Assembly (NCBI GenBank): GCA_001784175.1
Contig: MFPR01000004.1
Coordinates: 372,001 to 436,000 of the forward strand
Length of the DNA: 64,000 nucleotides
Reading direction: 5' to 3'
From: Candidatus Lindowbacteria bacterium RIFCSPLOWO2_12_FULL_62_27
GTDB lineage: Bacteria > Lindowbacteria > 2-12-FULL-62-27
Positions 7,986 to 18,573 of the stretch are shown here, piece by piece; position 1 is the first letter of the stretch, and every line of letters starts with the position of its first letter. The translations under genes and the position numbers were made by a program. A model generated the notes under the pieces. That model did no database searches and was not told where the DNA came from. It worked only from the letters and a program-made list of their open reading frames with translations.

Positions 7986-8899
7986 GCCTGAGGCGACGGA
8001 ACGCCCGCCAGGTCGAACACCATGCACTTGACGGAGCCGCCTCCTTTTTTCAGGAATTCCGAAACGTCCACCGTCACCATCTCCACGCCCGCCTCGCCGA
8101 TCCGCCGACGGAGTTCCTCCGACGCGGCGCCCGTCATGAACAGGTGCGGCCGATCGATCTCCGCCGCGAACGCGTTGGCCGCGTAGCACGCGGCGTCCGC
8201 ATCCGACAACGCGACCAAACGGTCCGCAGCCAAGGCGCGCAGTTTCTCCTGCGAGGCCCGGGTCAGCGCAGGCAGATACGCCAGCAGCCGCTCCCGGCGC
8301 GGGCCGAATGAACAGAGGCACGTGTCGCCGTGATAGTAGCGCTCGTCGCAGAGCTCCAGGTCCACGATCTCGCGCTGCGGCGTGATCGTTTTCAACACGT
8401 CGAGCGCGCGGCGATCCGACCGAAAGCCGTACACTCGTTTGTAAAAAGGAAACTGCCACGTCAGGACCGTCCGCTGCCGTTTGAGCGGGCCGTGGGTGAA
8501 GATCATCCGGTCCCCCCACGGAAAAAAATCGGCTTCGCCTTCGAACCGCACCCGGCCGCCGGCGAACGGCGTCACGTCGTATCCAAGCCCGCTGAAAAAT
8601 CTTTCGTAATGCGGGCGCTCCGGCGCTCGCGCAGGCAGGAGGTTGGCCGGATAAAACGTCCGGCCTTGCAGAATCCCGGCGTTGGCGGGATAGACCAGGC
8701 CGGGGCAGTCCGGCGACGGCGGCAGAACGTGAACCTCAACGCCGCTCGATCGGAGCTGATCGGCAAACACGGCCCACTGGCGTTTCGCCAAATCCCGGTC
8801 GACCCGCTTGCGCGCGCCCCATCGGGTGCGCGTGTGGGGGTTCGAGCCGTGGAGCACGGCGAAGTACTCGGGATCGCCCATCACGACCGCCGGGGTCAT
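7982..8899 (-). CDS. amidinotransferase / dimethylarginine dimethylaminohydrolase (pentein) family protein
   Basis: A..QW, FEGEAD, YYHGDT, SEFLK.GGGSVKCM. Confidence 0.8.
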   Translation of the reverse strand: MTPAVVMGDPEYFAVLHGSNPHTRTRWGARKRVDRDLAKRQWAVFADQLRSSGVEVHVLPPSPDCPGLVYPANAGILQGRTFYPANLLPARAPERPHYERFFSGLGYDVTPFAGGRVRFEGEADFFPWGDRMIFTHGPLKRQRTVLTWQFPFYKRVYGFRSDRRALDVLKTITPQREIVDLELCDERYYHGDTCLCSFGPRRERLLAYLPALTRASQEKLRALAADRLVALSDADAACYAANAFAAEIDRPHLFMTGAASEELRRRIGEAGVEMVTVDVSEFLKKGGGSVKCMVFDLAGVPSPQA

Positions 8900-10284
8900 G
8901 GCGCGGCGCGGCCGGCGACCGGATAGACGCAGTTGCGGATGGAGAAGCGCGCCGCGGGCCGGGCGTTGCCGCTTTTTTTCCGTCCCCCGAACGGCAGCCG
9001 CCCGGAGGCGCCGATCGTGCCGACATTCCAGTTCACGATCCCGTGCGTGGTTTCGTTCAGCATTTTTTCAAAGACGGGCCGGCGGCGCGTGAATACGGAA
9101 AGCGCCAGCCCGTAGTCCGTGTCCTCGACGCGCGCGATGGCTTCGGCCGCGTCGCCAAACGGATACAGCCCGACTTCCGGAACGAACAACTCCTCCGACG
9201 TGTACCGGCGCCGGCCCGGATAGCGGTCGAACCGGTGCGCGGACAGCCGCACGAAGTGACCGCGCGCCGTGTCGAATCGGCCGCCGGCCAGCAGGGGCCG
9301 GCCGCCCAGCCGGCGCGCTTCCCGGATCGCCGATTCGGCCCGGCACGCGGCGTCGGCCGAAATCAGCGGGCCGCAAAAAATTTCCGGATCGGCCGGGTCG
9401 CCCACTTGAAACGTTCGGGCCAGGGAAACAAATTTATCGCAAAATTCATCGAACGCCCCCCGCTCGACAAATATCCTGGACGTCGACGTGCATCGCTGGC
9501 CCGCCGTCGCAAACGCGCTCTGCGCGCATTCCGCGGCGGCCTGCGACAGGTCCGCGTCGGCGAACACGACCGCCGCGTTTTTTCCGCCCATCTCGAGCGC
9601 CAGCAGTTTGTCCGGCGGATCGTGCGCGATCGATTTCAGGCGCTGCCCCACGGCATAGGAACCCGTGAACAGGACCGCCGACACGTCCGGATGGGCCGCC
9701 AGACGCTCGCCCACGGCGCCCGGACCGCACACGACGTTCAACACGCCGCGCGGGAAACCGGCGCGGGCCGCGCAGTCCGCGTAGAGAAGACCGGTCCGGC
9801 AGGATTTGTCCGAGGGCTTGAACACCACCGTGTTTCCCGCGAGAAGCGCCGGCACGATGTGGCCCTGCGGCAGATGCAGAGGGAAATTGAACGGCCCCAG
9901 CACCGCGCAGACGCCGTAGGGCCGATACACGCAATAGGCGTCCGGTCCGGCGGCGGGCGCGGCCAACTCCAATTTGGCGGTTTCGAGTGTGACATCGATT
10001 TTTGACAGGAGAAGCTGCGCCTCCTCTCTGGCCTCCCGGATCGCCTTCCCGGTTTCCCTGCAGATCGACCAGGCAAGCGCGTCGCCTTGCCGGGCGAGAA
10101 TCTGCCGGAACCTGACCAGCGCGCGAACCCGGTGCGCCGGCGGCAGACACGACCACGCCCCAAATGTTTTTCGCGCCCGCGCCACCGCCGCGTCGGCGGC
10201 CGGCAGGCTCCATCGAAACACGCCGATGCGATCGGAGAGGTTCGCCGGATTGACCGACTGAATCTCTCCGTGTCCCGCCGGCAT
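8896..10284 (-). CDS. astD: aldehyde dehydrogenase, succinylglutamate-semialdehyde dehydrogenase-like
   Basis: GPFNFPLHLP.GHIVPALLAGNTVVFKPS, LEMGGKN, GQRCTS, GAS..LPFGG...SGN.RP; next to astA. Confidence 0.8.
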   Translation of the reverse strand: MPAGHGEIQSVNPANLSDRIGVFRWSLPAADAAVARARKTFGAWSCLPPAHRVRALVRFRQILARQGDALAWSICRETGKAIREAREEAQLLLSKIDVTLETAKLELAAPAAGPDAYCVYRPYGVCAVLGPFNFPLHLPQGHIVPALLAGNTVVFKPSDKSCRTGLLYADCAARAGFPRGVLNVVCGPGAVGERLAAHPDVSAVLFTGSYAVGQRLKSIAHDPPDKLLALEMGGKNAAVVFADADLSQAAAECAQSAFATAGQRCTSTSRIFVERGAFDEFCDKFVSLARTFQVGDPADPEIFCGPLISADAACRAESAIREARRLGGRPLLAGGRFDTARGHFVRLSAHRFDRYPGRRRYTSEELFVPEVGLYPFGDAAEAIARVEDTDYGLALSVFTRRRPVFEKMLNETTHGIVNWNVGTIGASGRLPFGGRKKSGNARPAARFSIRNCVYPVAGRAAP

Positions 10285-11300
10285 CAGAGAGGAAGCACTG
10301 CGGCCGGGCGGCCCCGCGGAAGCGACAGGAGTTTGAGGACCGCCGGGGACACCGCCACCTCCTTGTCCGAGACCTCGGCCGGCGCGGCGCAGGCGCGGAA
10401 ATCCGCGCCGGCGCCCGCGCCGATCAGCACGGCCGGCCCCTGGATCGGCCCTTGTTTAGGAACGGCCCGCAGGACCCGGCACCGCTTGATGAGGGTGACT
10501 TCGTCAAACCGCGCGCGCAGGTGCGGGCCGCCGTCGAAGGGACAGACCTCGTCGGTGTACCGAAAGCCGATGTGTTCCAGCATCTCTTTTGCCGGCCGCG
10601 TCTTCGGATGGACCGCGCCGATGAGCTTGCGGACTTTTTCCGGCAGAAGGTTCATGTAGAGGAGGGTGTGGGGGAAGAGGGAAAACATGAATTCCGCGTT
10701 GGTCCGGCACTTGGCGTTCGCCTCCTTGTAGTCCATGCCCGTGAATTTCTTGCCGATGTGCTCCCAGAACGGCGAACCTCCGGATTTGTCGAGCGGCGGC
10801 AGAAGCTCGGCGAGGATTTCCGGCCGATATTTGTCCGGATGCATCGCCATGTAGAGGAACCGCACGTACGAGATGAGTTTGCCGAGGCGGTCCGGATGCG
10901 ACCGGTATCGCTCGTCGAGGATGAGGCCTCCGATTTCGGTGATGCCCTCCGGGTTCCACTCGAGCTTCAAACACGTGTGCGTGAACCGCCGGTCCATCGT
11001 CCGGCTGTGTTTTTCGATGTTGATCAGCTTGAAACAAATGTGCGGCCGGTTCACGATCCCGTGCTTGTCGATGATCTGCGAAGAGCCGACCACGGCCCGG
11101 CGGCGGGGATCCTCCAGCACAAAGACGTAGTGCCCGAAGGTCCATGACTTTTTTCGCGCGGCAAACGATTCCACCGACCGCCGGATGATCTCGAGGATGA
11201 CGGACTCGTCGTACGGCAGGTTGATTGAGTCAAGCTTCCGGGCCAGCCGCATGAGGGCCGGCAGGTCGGCCGGCCGCGCCGGCCTGAGGAGCCAGGTCAC
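10284..11300 (-). CDS. astA: arginine N-succinyltransferase
   Basis: RPA...DL..L, Y.FVLED, TEIGGL.L, SPFW...G..F..MD..EA, PFDGGP; GTG start inferred. Confidence 0.85.
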   Translation of the reverse strand: MTWLLRPARPADLPALMRLARKLDSINLPYDESVILEIIRRSVESFAARKKSWTFGHYVFVLEDPRRRAVVGSSQIIDKHGIVNRPHICFKLINIEKHSRTMDRRFTHTCLKLEWNPEGITEIGGLILDERYRSHPDRLGKLISYVRFLYMAMHPDKYRPEILAELLPPLDKSGGSPFWEHIGKKFTGMDYKEANAKCRTNAEFMFSLFPHTLLYMNLLPEKVRKLIGAVHPKTRPAKEMLEHIGFRYTDEVCPFDGGPHLRARFDEVTLIKRCRVLRAVPKQGPIQGPAVLIGAGAGADFRACAAPAEVSDKEVAVSPAVLKLLSLPRGRPAAVLPL

Positions 11301-11328
11301 TCGCGGGGTTCCGGATGCGTCAGGCGGG

Positions 11329-12366
11329 CTACTTGCGCCTGGATTTGGATTTGGTCTTCGACGCCTTCTTCCGGAACTCCGGGATGATCTCCTTGCTGTA
11401 GGTCTCGACAATCCTCTCCTCCTCGCCGCACATGAGGTAGATGTTGAACTGGGTCATCCCGCCGGCCTCCAGCTCCCGGAGTTTCGCCACGTGCGCGTCG
11501 ACGTCGCCGATCACCGAAAACCGGTCGACGATCGCCTCGGGAATGAAATCGAGATGATCGGCGTCCTTGTCGGCGTGATGCCGGTAGTCGTAGCCCTTCC
11601 GGCCCTTGATGTAGTCGGTCAGCGCCTGCGGAACCTCCCCGCTGTGATACCGCTCGACGAGGTCCGCCACGTGGTTGCCGACCATGGCGGGAAACCACCG
11701 CACCTGGGCGCGGCACTTCTTGAGATCCTTCGAAATGAACACCGGCGCGGCCACCATGATCTCGATATCGCCGGCATCCCGGCCGCACTCCTTCGCGCCA
11801 TCGACAACCTGGCTGATGAACCATTTCACGAGAAAGGGGTCGGCGATCTGCAGGACAATCCCGTCCGCATGTTTGGCCGAGGCCCGCAGAACCTTGGGGC
11901 CGTAGCCGGCGATCCACATCGGCAGGGGATACTTTGGATTGGCCCAGTTGAACCACTGCTCCTTGCCCTCGTGCTCGACCTTCCCGCCCGCAGCCATCGT
12001 CCGGATTTTTTCAACCCCGGCCATCATCTCGTCCACCGTCGTCGGCTTGAACCCCATCACACGGCGCGAGCTGTCGCCCCGGCCGATCCCGCACACCGCG
12101 CGGCCCTTCGAAATCAGGTTCAGCGCCGCAAAATTGCTCGCGGTCACCGTCAGGTCCCGCACGGCCGGGTTGGTCACGCACGGCCCGAGCTTCACTTTCT
12201 CGGTCCCGGTCGCGAGGTAGGTCAGCATCGTGTAGCATTCTTTCCAGAGGATATGCGAATCAAACGTCCAGACGTACGAAAATCCGCCTTTCTCCGCAGC
12301 CTTGGCCAGTTTCATTGTCCGTTCCGGCGGGATGTCTCCTTTAAAGCAGATGGCAAACTCGAGCAT
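11329..12366 (-). CDS. LLM-class flavin/F420-dependent oxidoreductase (TIGR03842-like)
   Basis: WTFDSHILW, GPCVTNP, GIGRGDS, LQIADP, MVGNHVADLV; AGGAGG RBS. Confidence 0.8.
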   Translation of the reverse strand: MLEFAICFKGDIPPERTMKLAKAAEKGGFSYVWTFDSHILWKECYTMLTYLATGTEKVKLGPCVTNPAVRDLTVTASNFAALNLISKGRAVCGIGRGDSSRRVMGFKPTTVDEMMAGVEKIRTMAAGGKVEHEGKEQWFNWANPKYPLPMWIAGYGPKVLRASAKHADGIVLQIADPFLVKWFISQVVDGAKECGRDAGDIEIMVAAPVFISKDLKKCRAQVRWFPAMVGNHVADLVERYHSGEVPQALTDYIKGRKGYDYRHHADKDADHLDFIPEAIVDRFSVIGDVDAHVAKLRELEAGGMTQFNIYLMCGEEERIVETYSKEIIPEFRKKASKTKSKSRRK

Positions 12367-12501
12367 TGGGTTTCCTCCTGTTTTCAATGTGGAAAGGCTA
12401 TATATACTCCGCCAGAACCCATCTTTCAAGCATTTTGTGAACTCATCGACGCGAGAACATGCCACCGCCGGGACAGCCCCTCCAAGGTCTGGCGGCCGAA
12501 A

Positions 12502-15500
12502 TTATGCCTTGAGTACTTCGACCAATTCCGCGATGACTTTCAACTCGGCAGCCTCGGCGGCCGACAGAACCCTGGCCTCATATCTTGATTCGTCGCTGGA
12601 CGGTTTAAGCTCGATCTTTGTATGACGCCAGGAATCCCCCGGCGCGTCGATCTTCTCGCTTTCGTACACCTTAACGGTGTAGGAACCTCCGTGGTCCGGG
12701 TCCTCAATCGAATGGTGTTGAACGAGCAATACCCGTCCAGTCCGATCACCGACGACGGGCGTACGGAAAATACAATAAGACCCGTTTGGTATCCGAAGAT
12801 TCATCGATTCACCCTCTACCCTCGCCACAAAGAGCCCGCGGGCCGGTTTGGTTTTTCCCAGCGGTTGTATCCATGCTTCAGGCGTTTCTTCCGCCTCGAT
12901 TTCCCGCGCCTCTCCGAATTTTCCGGCGGCCGCTTTCAGCGAATACAGGGGAATACAGTTCTCAAACGGCCGCGCCTCCGCCTCGGATAGGACCCGGAAC
13001 GGTCGCGTGTCCACAGGTTCTTTTTCAACCCACTCATCCGCAATCAACTCCGCCTGTTCGAGCACGGTCTGCGTCGCCTTTTCCTGTTTGTCCGGCGGGT
13101 AGCCATATTTTCGGAGCACGCGTTTGACCAGGACACGGAGTTTAGCGCGCACCGATTCTCTGACCGTCCAATCGATCGACACGTTGCCGCGCACGGTCTG
13201 AACCAGCTCTCGCGCGATCGTCTTGAGCGTGTCGTCGCCCAGAACCTTGACGGCGCTGTCGTTGACTTCGAGCGCCTCGTAAAACGCGATTTCGTCATCG
13301 GACAATCCGAGCAATTCACCTCGACGGGTCGACTCGCGCATTTCCTTGGCCAATTTGATCAGTTCCTCGATCACCTGCGCGGCCTCGACGGCGCGGTTGT
13401 GATACGCCCGGATCGACCGCTCCAACATTTCCGCGAACGAACGCGACTGGACGAGATTTCGTTTGGAACGCGTCTTGATTTCTTCGGACAGGAGTTTTCG
13501 CAAAAGTTCGACGGCCAGATTTCGGTGCGGCATCGCGCGGACTTCGGCCAGAAATTCGTCCGACAGAATCGAGATATCGGGTTTCTTGAGGCCGGCGGCC
13601 GCGAAGATGTCCACGATCTGATCGGATGCCACGGCACGCGAGACGATCTGGCGAATCGCGTGATCGAGTTCGTCCACCGGCCGGGGTGGGCCGCCGGTTC
13701 CACCCATTTTGACCAGCGCCGACCGCACGGCCTGAAAAAACGCCACGTCGTCGCGGATTCGAAACGCCTCTACATGAGGCACGGCAAGGGCAAAAGCCTG
13801 TGACAGTTCCGTGACCGCTTTCATCAGCCGATCCCGGCCTTCCTCCTGTTTCAGAATATGCTCCTGCGCGGCCGGAAGGAGTGCCAAACGTTCCGCGGGC
13901 GTGCCGGCGGTCCAGAGCGTCCGATCAAATCCATGAAACAGCCCGCAACAAATCTCGTATTTTTCCTGCATCACGGCGACCGCCTCGCTCTGGTCGATGG
14001 CCGTCGCGCCCGTGCCGCCGCTTTCGGTGTAATCGGCAAGCGCGCGTTTCAAGTCATGGGCCAGGCCAAGGTAATCCACCACAAGGCCGCCGGGTTTATC
14101 CTTGAAGACGCGGTTCACTCGCGCGATGGCCTGCATGAGGCCGTGGCTGCGCATCGGTTTGTCGACATACATTGTGTGAAGGCACGGCGCGTCAAAGCCG
14201 GTCAGCCACATGTCGCGCACGATCACGATGCGGAACGGGTCGGTCGCGTCTTTGAACCGGGTGGCCATCTTCTCCCGCCGTGGTTTGTTGCGGATGTGCG
14301 TCTGCCAGTCGAGCGGATCCGTCGCCGAACCCGTCATCACGATTTTGATCGTCCCGCGCGTGTCGTCTCCGTCGTGCCATGCCGGGCGCATGGCCACGAT
14401 CGCTTTGTAGAGTTCGACACAAATCCGGCGGCTCATACAGACGATCATGGCCTTGCCGTCCAGCGCCTCAAGCCGCCGCTCAAAGTGCTCCACCAGGTCT
14501 TTGGCAATCAGCCCAACGCGTTTCTCCGAACCTACCACGGCTTCCAGCGCCGCCCACTTTGTCTTGAGCTTCTCTTTCCGCGAGACTTCCTCGCCCTCGG
14601 TCGCTTCGTCAAATTCCTCGTCCACCTTGGGCTTCTCACGTTCGGCCAGTTCCAGTTTTGCCAGCCGGCTTTCGTAATAGATGGGAACGGTCGCTCCGTC
14701 CTCCACCGCGCGCTGGATATCATAAATGCTGATGTAATCGCCGAACACGGCGCGGGTGTTGGCGTCGGTCTTTTCGATGGGCGTGCCGGTGAACCCGATA
14801 AATGAAGCGTTCGGCAAAGCGTCGCGCATGTGCCGGGCGAATCCGTCGATGAAATCGTATTGGCTCCTGTGCGCCTCATCCGCGATTACCACGATGTTGC
14901 GGCGGTCGGAGAGCAACGGATGCCGATCACCTTTTTCCTCCGGAAAAAATTTCTGGATTGTCGTAAATATCACGCCGCCGGACGCCACCTGCAGACGCTC
15001 CCGCAGTTGGGCGCGGCTCTCGGATTGAGCGGGCTTTTGCCGAAGAAGATCGTGACAGCGTGCGAATGTCCCAAACAACTGGTCGTCCAGATCATTTCTG
15101 TCGGTGAGCACCACAATCGTCGGGTTCTGCATCGCCGGATGGAGGATCAACTTGCCCGCGTAGAATACCATGGTGAGACTCTTGCCCGATCCCTGGGTAT
15201 GCCACACAACGCCACAGCGTTTGTCGCCTTTGGGGCTTGCGGCCTGTACCGTGGTATCGATCGCCTTTTGGACCGCATGAAACTGATGGTAGCCCGCCAT
15301 CTTTTTGAGAACCGTTCCGCCCTCTTCCTCCTCAAAAACGATAAAATGCCGGACGAGTTCAAGAAACCGCCGCCTGTCAAACACGCCGCGCATGAGCGCT
15401 TCCAACTGGGGCATAGTCGCCGGCGCCAAGTCCTCGCCCTCAATGGTCCGCCACGGCATGAACCGTTCCCGGTCGGCCGTCAATGTTCCGATCCGCGCTT

Positions 15501-16101
15501 CAAGCCCGTCGGAAATAATGAGCGCCTCGTTGAAAACAAAAAGCGAAGGAATCTGTTGTTTGTACGTCTGAAACTGGTTGAAGGCCGTCCAGATGGTGGC
15601 ATTCTCATCGGCGGGATTTTTGAGTTCAATCACGGCCAGCGGCAACCCGTTCACAAAAACAACTACGTCCGGCCGCCGATTGTGCTGACCCTCGACGACC
15701 GTGAACTGATTGACGGCCAGCCAGTCGTTGGCGGCGAGATCGTTAAAATCCACAAGCCGAACCCGGTCCCCCGCGATCGTCCCGTCCGTCCGGCGATACT
15801 CAACCTCGACACCGTCAACAAGCATCCGGTGGAACGCGCGATTGCATTGTACGGGCGACGCATGCGTCGCCCCTACGCGAATCACTTTTCGGAACGCCTC
15901 GTCAATCGCCTCCGCCGGGATTTCCGGATTGAGTTTCCGCATCGCCCGGCGCAGTCGATCCGGCAATATAGCCTCGCCGTAATCTTGCCGCTCTGCCGCC
16001 TCCTCGCCCGGAGCGATGTCCGGCCCGTGCAAAACGGCGTATCCGAGCTCACCAAACCACGCGAGCGTGGCGTCTTCGACGGTGGATTCGGTGAGGGTCA
16101 C
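12502..16101 (-). CDS. hsdR: type I restriction endonuclease subunit R with a C-terminal S24 peptidase-like domain
   Basis: [55 protein letters not shown]-terminal AAAG...GESM...TVK. Confidence 0.95.
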   Translation of the reverse strand: MTLTESTVEDATLAWFGELGYAVLHGPDIAPGEEAAERQDYGEAILPDRLRRAMRKLNPEIPAEAIDEAFRKVIRVGATHASPVQCNRAFHRMLVDGVEVEYRRTDGTIAGDRVRLVDFNDLAANDWLAVNQFTVVEGQHNRRPDVVVFVNGLPLAVIELKNPADENATIWTAFNQFQTYKQQIPSLFVFNEALIISDGLEARIGTLTADRERFMPWRTIEGEDLAPATMPQLEALMRGVFDRRRFLELVRHFIVFEEEEGGTVLKKMAGYHQFHAVQKAIDTTVQAASPKGDKRCGVVWHTQGSGKSLTMVFYAGKLILHPAMQNPTIVVLTDRNDLDDQLFGTFARCHDLLRQKPAQSESRAQLRERLQVASGGVIFTTIQKFFPEEKGDRHPLLSDRRNIVVIADEAHRSQYDFIDGFARHMRDALPNASFIGFTGTPIEKTDANTRAVFGDYISIYDIQRAVEDGATVPIYYESRLAKLELAEREKPKVDEEFDEATEGEEVSRKEKLKTKWAALEAVVGSEKRVGLIAKDLVEHFERRLEALDGKAMIVCMSRRICVELYKAIVAMRPAWHDGDDTRGTIKIVMTGSATDPLDWQTHIRNKPRREKMATRFKDATDPFRIVIVRDMWLTGFDAPCLHTMYVDKPMRSHGLMQAIARVNRVFKDKPGGLVVDYLGLAHDLKRALADYTESGGTGATAIDQSEAVAVMQEKYEICCGLFHGFDRTLWTAGTPAERLALLPAAQEHILKQEEGRDRLMKAVTELSQAFALAVPHVEAFRIRDDVAFFQAVRSALVKMGGTGGPPRPVDELDHAIRQIVSRAVASDQIVDIFAAAGLKKPDISILSDEFLAEVRAMPHRNLAVELLRKLLSEEIKTRSKRNLVQSRSFAEMLERSIRAYHNRAVEAAQVIEELIKLAKEMRESTRRGELLGLSDDEIAFYEALEVNDSAVKVLGDDTLKTIARELVQTVRGNVSIDWTVRESVRAKLRVLVKRVLRKYGYPPDKQEKATQTVLEQAELIADEWVEKEPVDTRPFRVLSEAEARPFENCIPLYSLKAAAGKFGEAREIEAEETPEAWIQPLGKTKPARGLFVARVEGESMNLRIPNGSYCIFRTPVVGDRTGRVLLVQHHSIEDPDHGGSYTVKVYESEKIDAPGDSWRHTKIELKPSSDESRYEARVLSAAEAAELKVIAELVEVLKA
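15849..15876 (-). repeat. GTAG-type REP palindrome inside hsdR
   Basis: Minus strand GTAGGGGCGACGCATGCGTCGCCCGTAC; perfect 20-bp palindrome 15853-15872; encodes VGATHASPV. Confidence 0.75.
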
Positions 16102-16121
16102 GGCTTAATGAGCACGATCTG

Positions 16122-16601
16122 CTACGGAGCCTGCATCTTCCTAAACTTGGCCAGATACTCCGAAACGAATTCATCCCGATACTTGCAATCGATATTTTTT
16201 GAATCCAGCAGAGGTTTCAGTCTCGTATCGGTTGTCACGATGACGCACTTCTGAATGGTGAAATAGGCCTGGAGTATGTAGTGATCATCCGGATTGACTT
16301 GTTTCTGAAGGTCGCCCCATAACGGCTTCAGTTGCCCGGCTTCGATGCGTATGGTTTTGACGGAGTTTGACCAAAACTCGCTCCTATAAAACTTCGCGAT
16401 TTTCCGAAGTGTTGCGTCAAAGCCCGCATTTTTCCAAAAATTAAAGGTCTTCCGTTCAAACTTGCTTCCCTTGACGATAACTATCGGATTGCAAATCGTT
16501 CGAATGGCAAGCAGAAAGGCGGACGCTTGCTTCTGGCGCTCAACGCCATTCTCCCCCAAGAGGTCGGCCCATAACCACTCATCAAGGATCAAAGGCGACA
16601 T
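16122..16601 (-). CDS. PIN-domain-like protein
   Basis: N-terminal LILDE, PDDHYIL..Y and VIVTTD..L acidic motifs. Confidence 0.55.
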   Translation of the reverse strand: MSPLILDEWLWADLLGENGVERQKQASAFLLAIRTICNPIVIVKGSKFERKTFNFWKNAGFDATLRKIAKFYRSEFWSNSVKTIRIEAGQLKPLWGDLQKQVNPDDHYILQAYFTIQKCVIVTTDTRLKPLLDSKNIDCKYRDEFVSEYLAKFRKMQAP

Positions 16602-16613
16602 ATACCCAACTCA

Positions 16614-17798
16614 TTAGACGCCGGTGAATTTCTTCAAATCCTCGATCTCAGCCTCTATGAACGACGTAAGCCCTCCGTCAATTTGTCCCTTTTCATTAAT
16701 TTTTTGCGGCTGAAATTTCGTCGTCTTTTTTTCTTTGAGCGTGAGATAACAGCCTATGTCAGACGGACTCGCGATCCCTTCGGAAACAGCAGTCGCGATC
16801 GAGGACACAAACTGCTCACTGTGAGTGGTAAGGAGGACCTGTTTGCCTTCATCTTTGACGAACGCGCAGAGCGCCCTTGCAAAATTTCTAATGACAGTGG
16901 GGTGCAGATGAACCTCCGGCTCTTCAATCAAAACCGTGGAAATCTCCGGCCGGTAGAGCTTGGCCCACAAATAAACCACCTGATTAATTCCAAAGCCGTC
17001 ATTGATCAAATTGACGGGGATTCTCGATTGCTTGTCCGTGGTCTGCATGAATACAGTTGCGGTACCGGCGGGAGTGTAGGTGCGAAAATCCCGCCCAAAG
17101 ATATCTTCGAGATACGTCGAAATACGTCCGGCCATGTGCTGATCGTTGATGATGATGGACGCCACTTCGTCTTCCGACGTGGGCAGCGGAGAAATGGCAA
17201 CGGGCGTGTAATTGTATTTGAAAAATCCCCGTTTGTGCGGAACGATGTCGATGGCTTTCAGACGTTCCGGCACGGAATTGATCAAGGCGGCTATCTCCGC
17301 CGCTTTTTGCTGTTTTTCGGCAGTGGCATTTTTGGGAACCACCGATCCGCCAACGCCGTTCCAATTGATTGTGTATTCTTCGCCGCTGTCGGTATGGCTA
17401 AACGGAAAATTTTGATTGAGTCCATACGGAATAGCGACTTTGCCCTTCAGGTTTATAGAGGCGATTTGAAGCGATATGTCCGCCGACGCTTTCGACAAAG
17501 ACAGCCCGTATGAAGCTTCAACTCCATTTTTGGCGTAGCGGACGGAAAACTCGACGCTTCTCTTATCATCGTGATCAAAAACACAGGCATTCAAGCCGCC
17601 CATATCCATAAACCCGATATGGAAAAATCCGTCCACAGGTCTATTCGGGTTCAATATGAAATTTCGAAGCGTCATCAGAGAATAGAGGACAGTCGACTTG
17701 CCAGCCGCCGTCGGTCCGTAAAAGACGGTGATGGGAGACAGATTCAATTCCTCCGACTCTACTGAACGAAAATTCTTTAAACTAATTTTTGTCAGCAT
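16614..17798 (-). CDS. ABC/AAA-type ATPase (AAA_15/AAA_21-like)
   Basis: LKNFRS, Walker A GPTAAGKST, DGFGINQ, Walker B LIEEPEVHLHP, TTHSE. Confidence 0.85.
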   Translation of the reverse strand: MLTKISLKNFRSVESEELNLSPITVFYGPTAAGKSTVLYSLMTLRNFILNPNRPVDGFFHIGFMDMGGLNACVFDHDDKRSVEFSVRYAKNGVEASYGLSLSKASADISLQIASINLKGKVAIPYGLNQNFPFSHTDSGEEYTINWNGVGGSVVPKNATAEKQQKAAEIAALINSVPERLKAIDIVPHKRGFFKYNYTPVAISPLPTSEDEVASIIINDQHMAGRISTYLEDIFGRDFRTYTPAGTATVFMQTTDKQSRIPVNLINDGFGINQVVYLWAKLYRPEISTVLIEEPEVHLHPTVIRNFARALCAFVKDEGKQVLLTTHSEQFVSSIATAVSEGIASPSDIGCYLTLKEKKTTKFQPQKINEKGQIDGGLTSFIEAEIEDLKKFTGV

Positions 17799-17901
17799 GG
17801 TTCATCTCCTTCCAAAGTCGAATACTACCACAATGGCAGTCCTTGGTTATATTTATTTTACAACCACCCGGCAATCATTGGGCGCCAGATTCGTTACGAC
17901 G

Positions 17902-18573
17902 TCACCCACGTGATTTTTTCCGAACCCGGTAGAGCCGCTCCGTAAAACCGCCCTCCTGCTGGAAGGCGGCGGCCTGTGCCGCGATCTGACGGTCCAGCAG
18001 GGAGACCGCGACTCCGATCAAAACAAGCGCCGCGTTGGCGGCGAACCCCGGATATATGGACTGAATGGACGGTATGGACTTGGATGAAGGATTTTGGCTT
18101 TGTCCATTCTGTCCATCCCGTCCATATTCTGATTTGGCTGTCTCCTTGACCCAGGCTGCCACTTCGTTGGCGGTGACACAGCGGCGCGCCACCAAGTCTT
18201 TTCGCCGGGGGTCATCCGGCGTCCAGAGCGCCAGTTCACGCTGCCGCAGAAAATCCTCGTAGTCCAGCCGGAGCTCCTCCAAGCTGGCGCGGGCCACGTT
18301 GGTCAGTTTGATCTCCATCTTCTTCGATGTGCCCGACACCTGACTGCCCTCGGCGATATTCTGGACGCCCGACCGCGCCGCCTGCACCATCTGGTCGTGG
18401 GTGCGGCTGCGCTTGTCGACGTACCGGTCACAGAATCGAACGGTCACATCATAAACCAGTTGCGAGATCTGGAACGATTTGAGTTTGCGGTAGCCGCCGT
18501 GTTTGGGGATCAGAGAATCGGGCTCTTTATTCCGTCCAGATTGCCCATTTCGTTGATGTTTTTCCGCCGTCAT
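17902..18573 (-). CDS. four-helix-bundle protein with suffix domain
   Basis: GGYR.L.SFQ, DQMVQAARSG.QNIAEGS, ARASLEEL..DYEDFL, EGGFTERLY. Confidence 0.85.
   Translation of the reverse strand: MTAEKHQRNGQSGRNKEPDSLIPKHGGYRKLKSFQISQLVYDVTVRFCDRYVDKRSRTHDQMVQAARSGVQNIAEGSQVSGTSKKMEIKLTNVARASLEELRLDYEDFLRQRELALWTPDDPRRKDLVARRCVTANEVAAWVKETAKSEYGRDGQNGQSQNPSSKSIPSIQSIYPGFAANAALVLIGVAVSLLDRQIAAQAAAFQQEGGFTERLYRVRKKSRG

Noticed and set aside
17902-18573. Diversity-generating retroelement suggested by the Avd-like four-helix bundle
   Set aside because: No reverse transcriptase and no TR/VR pair seen.
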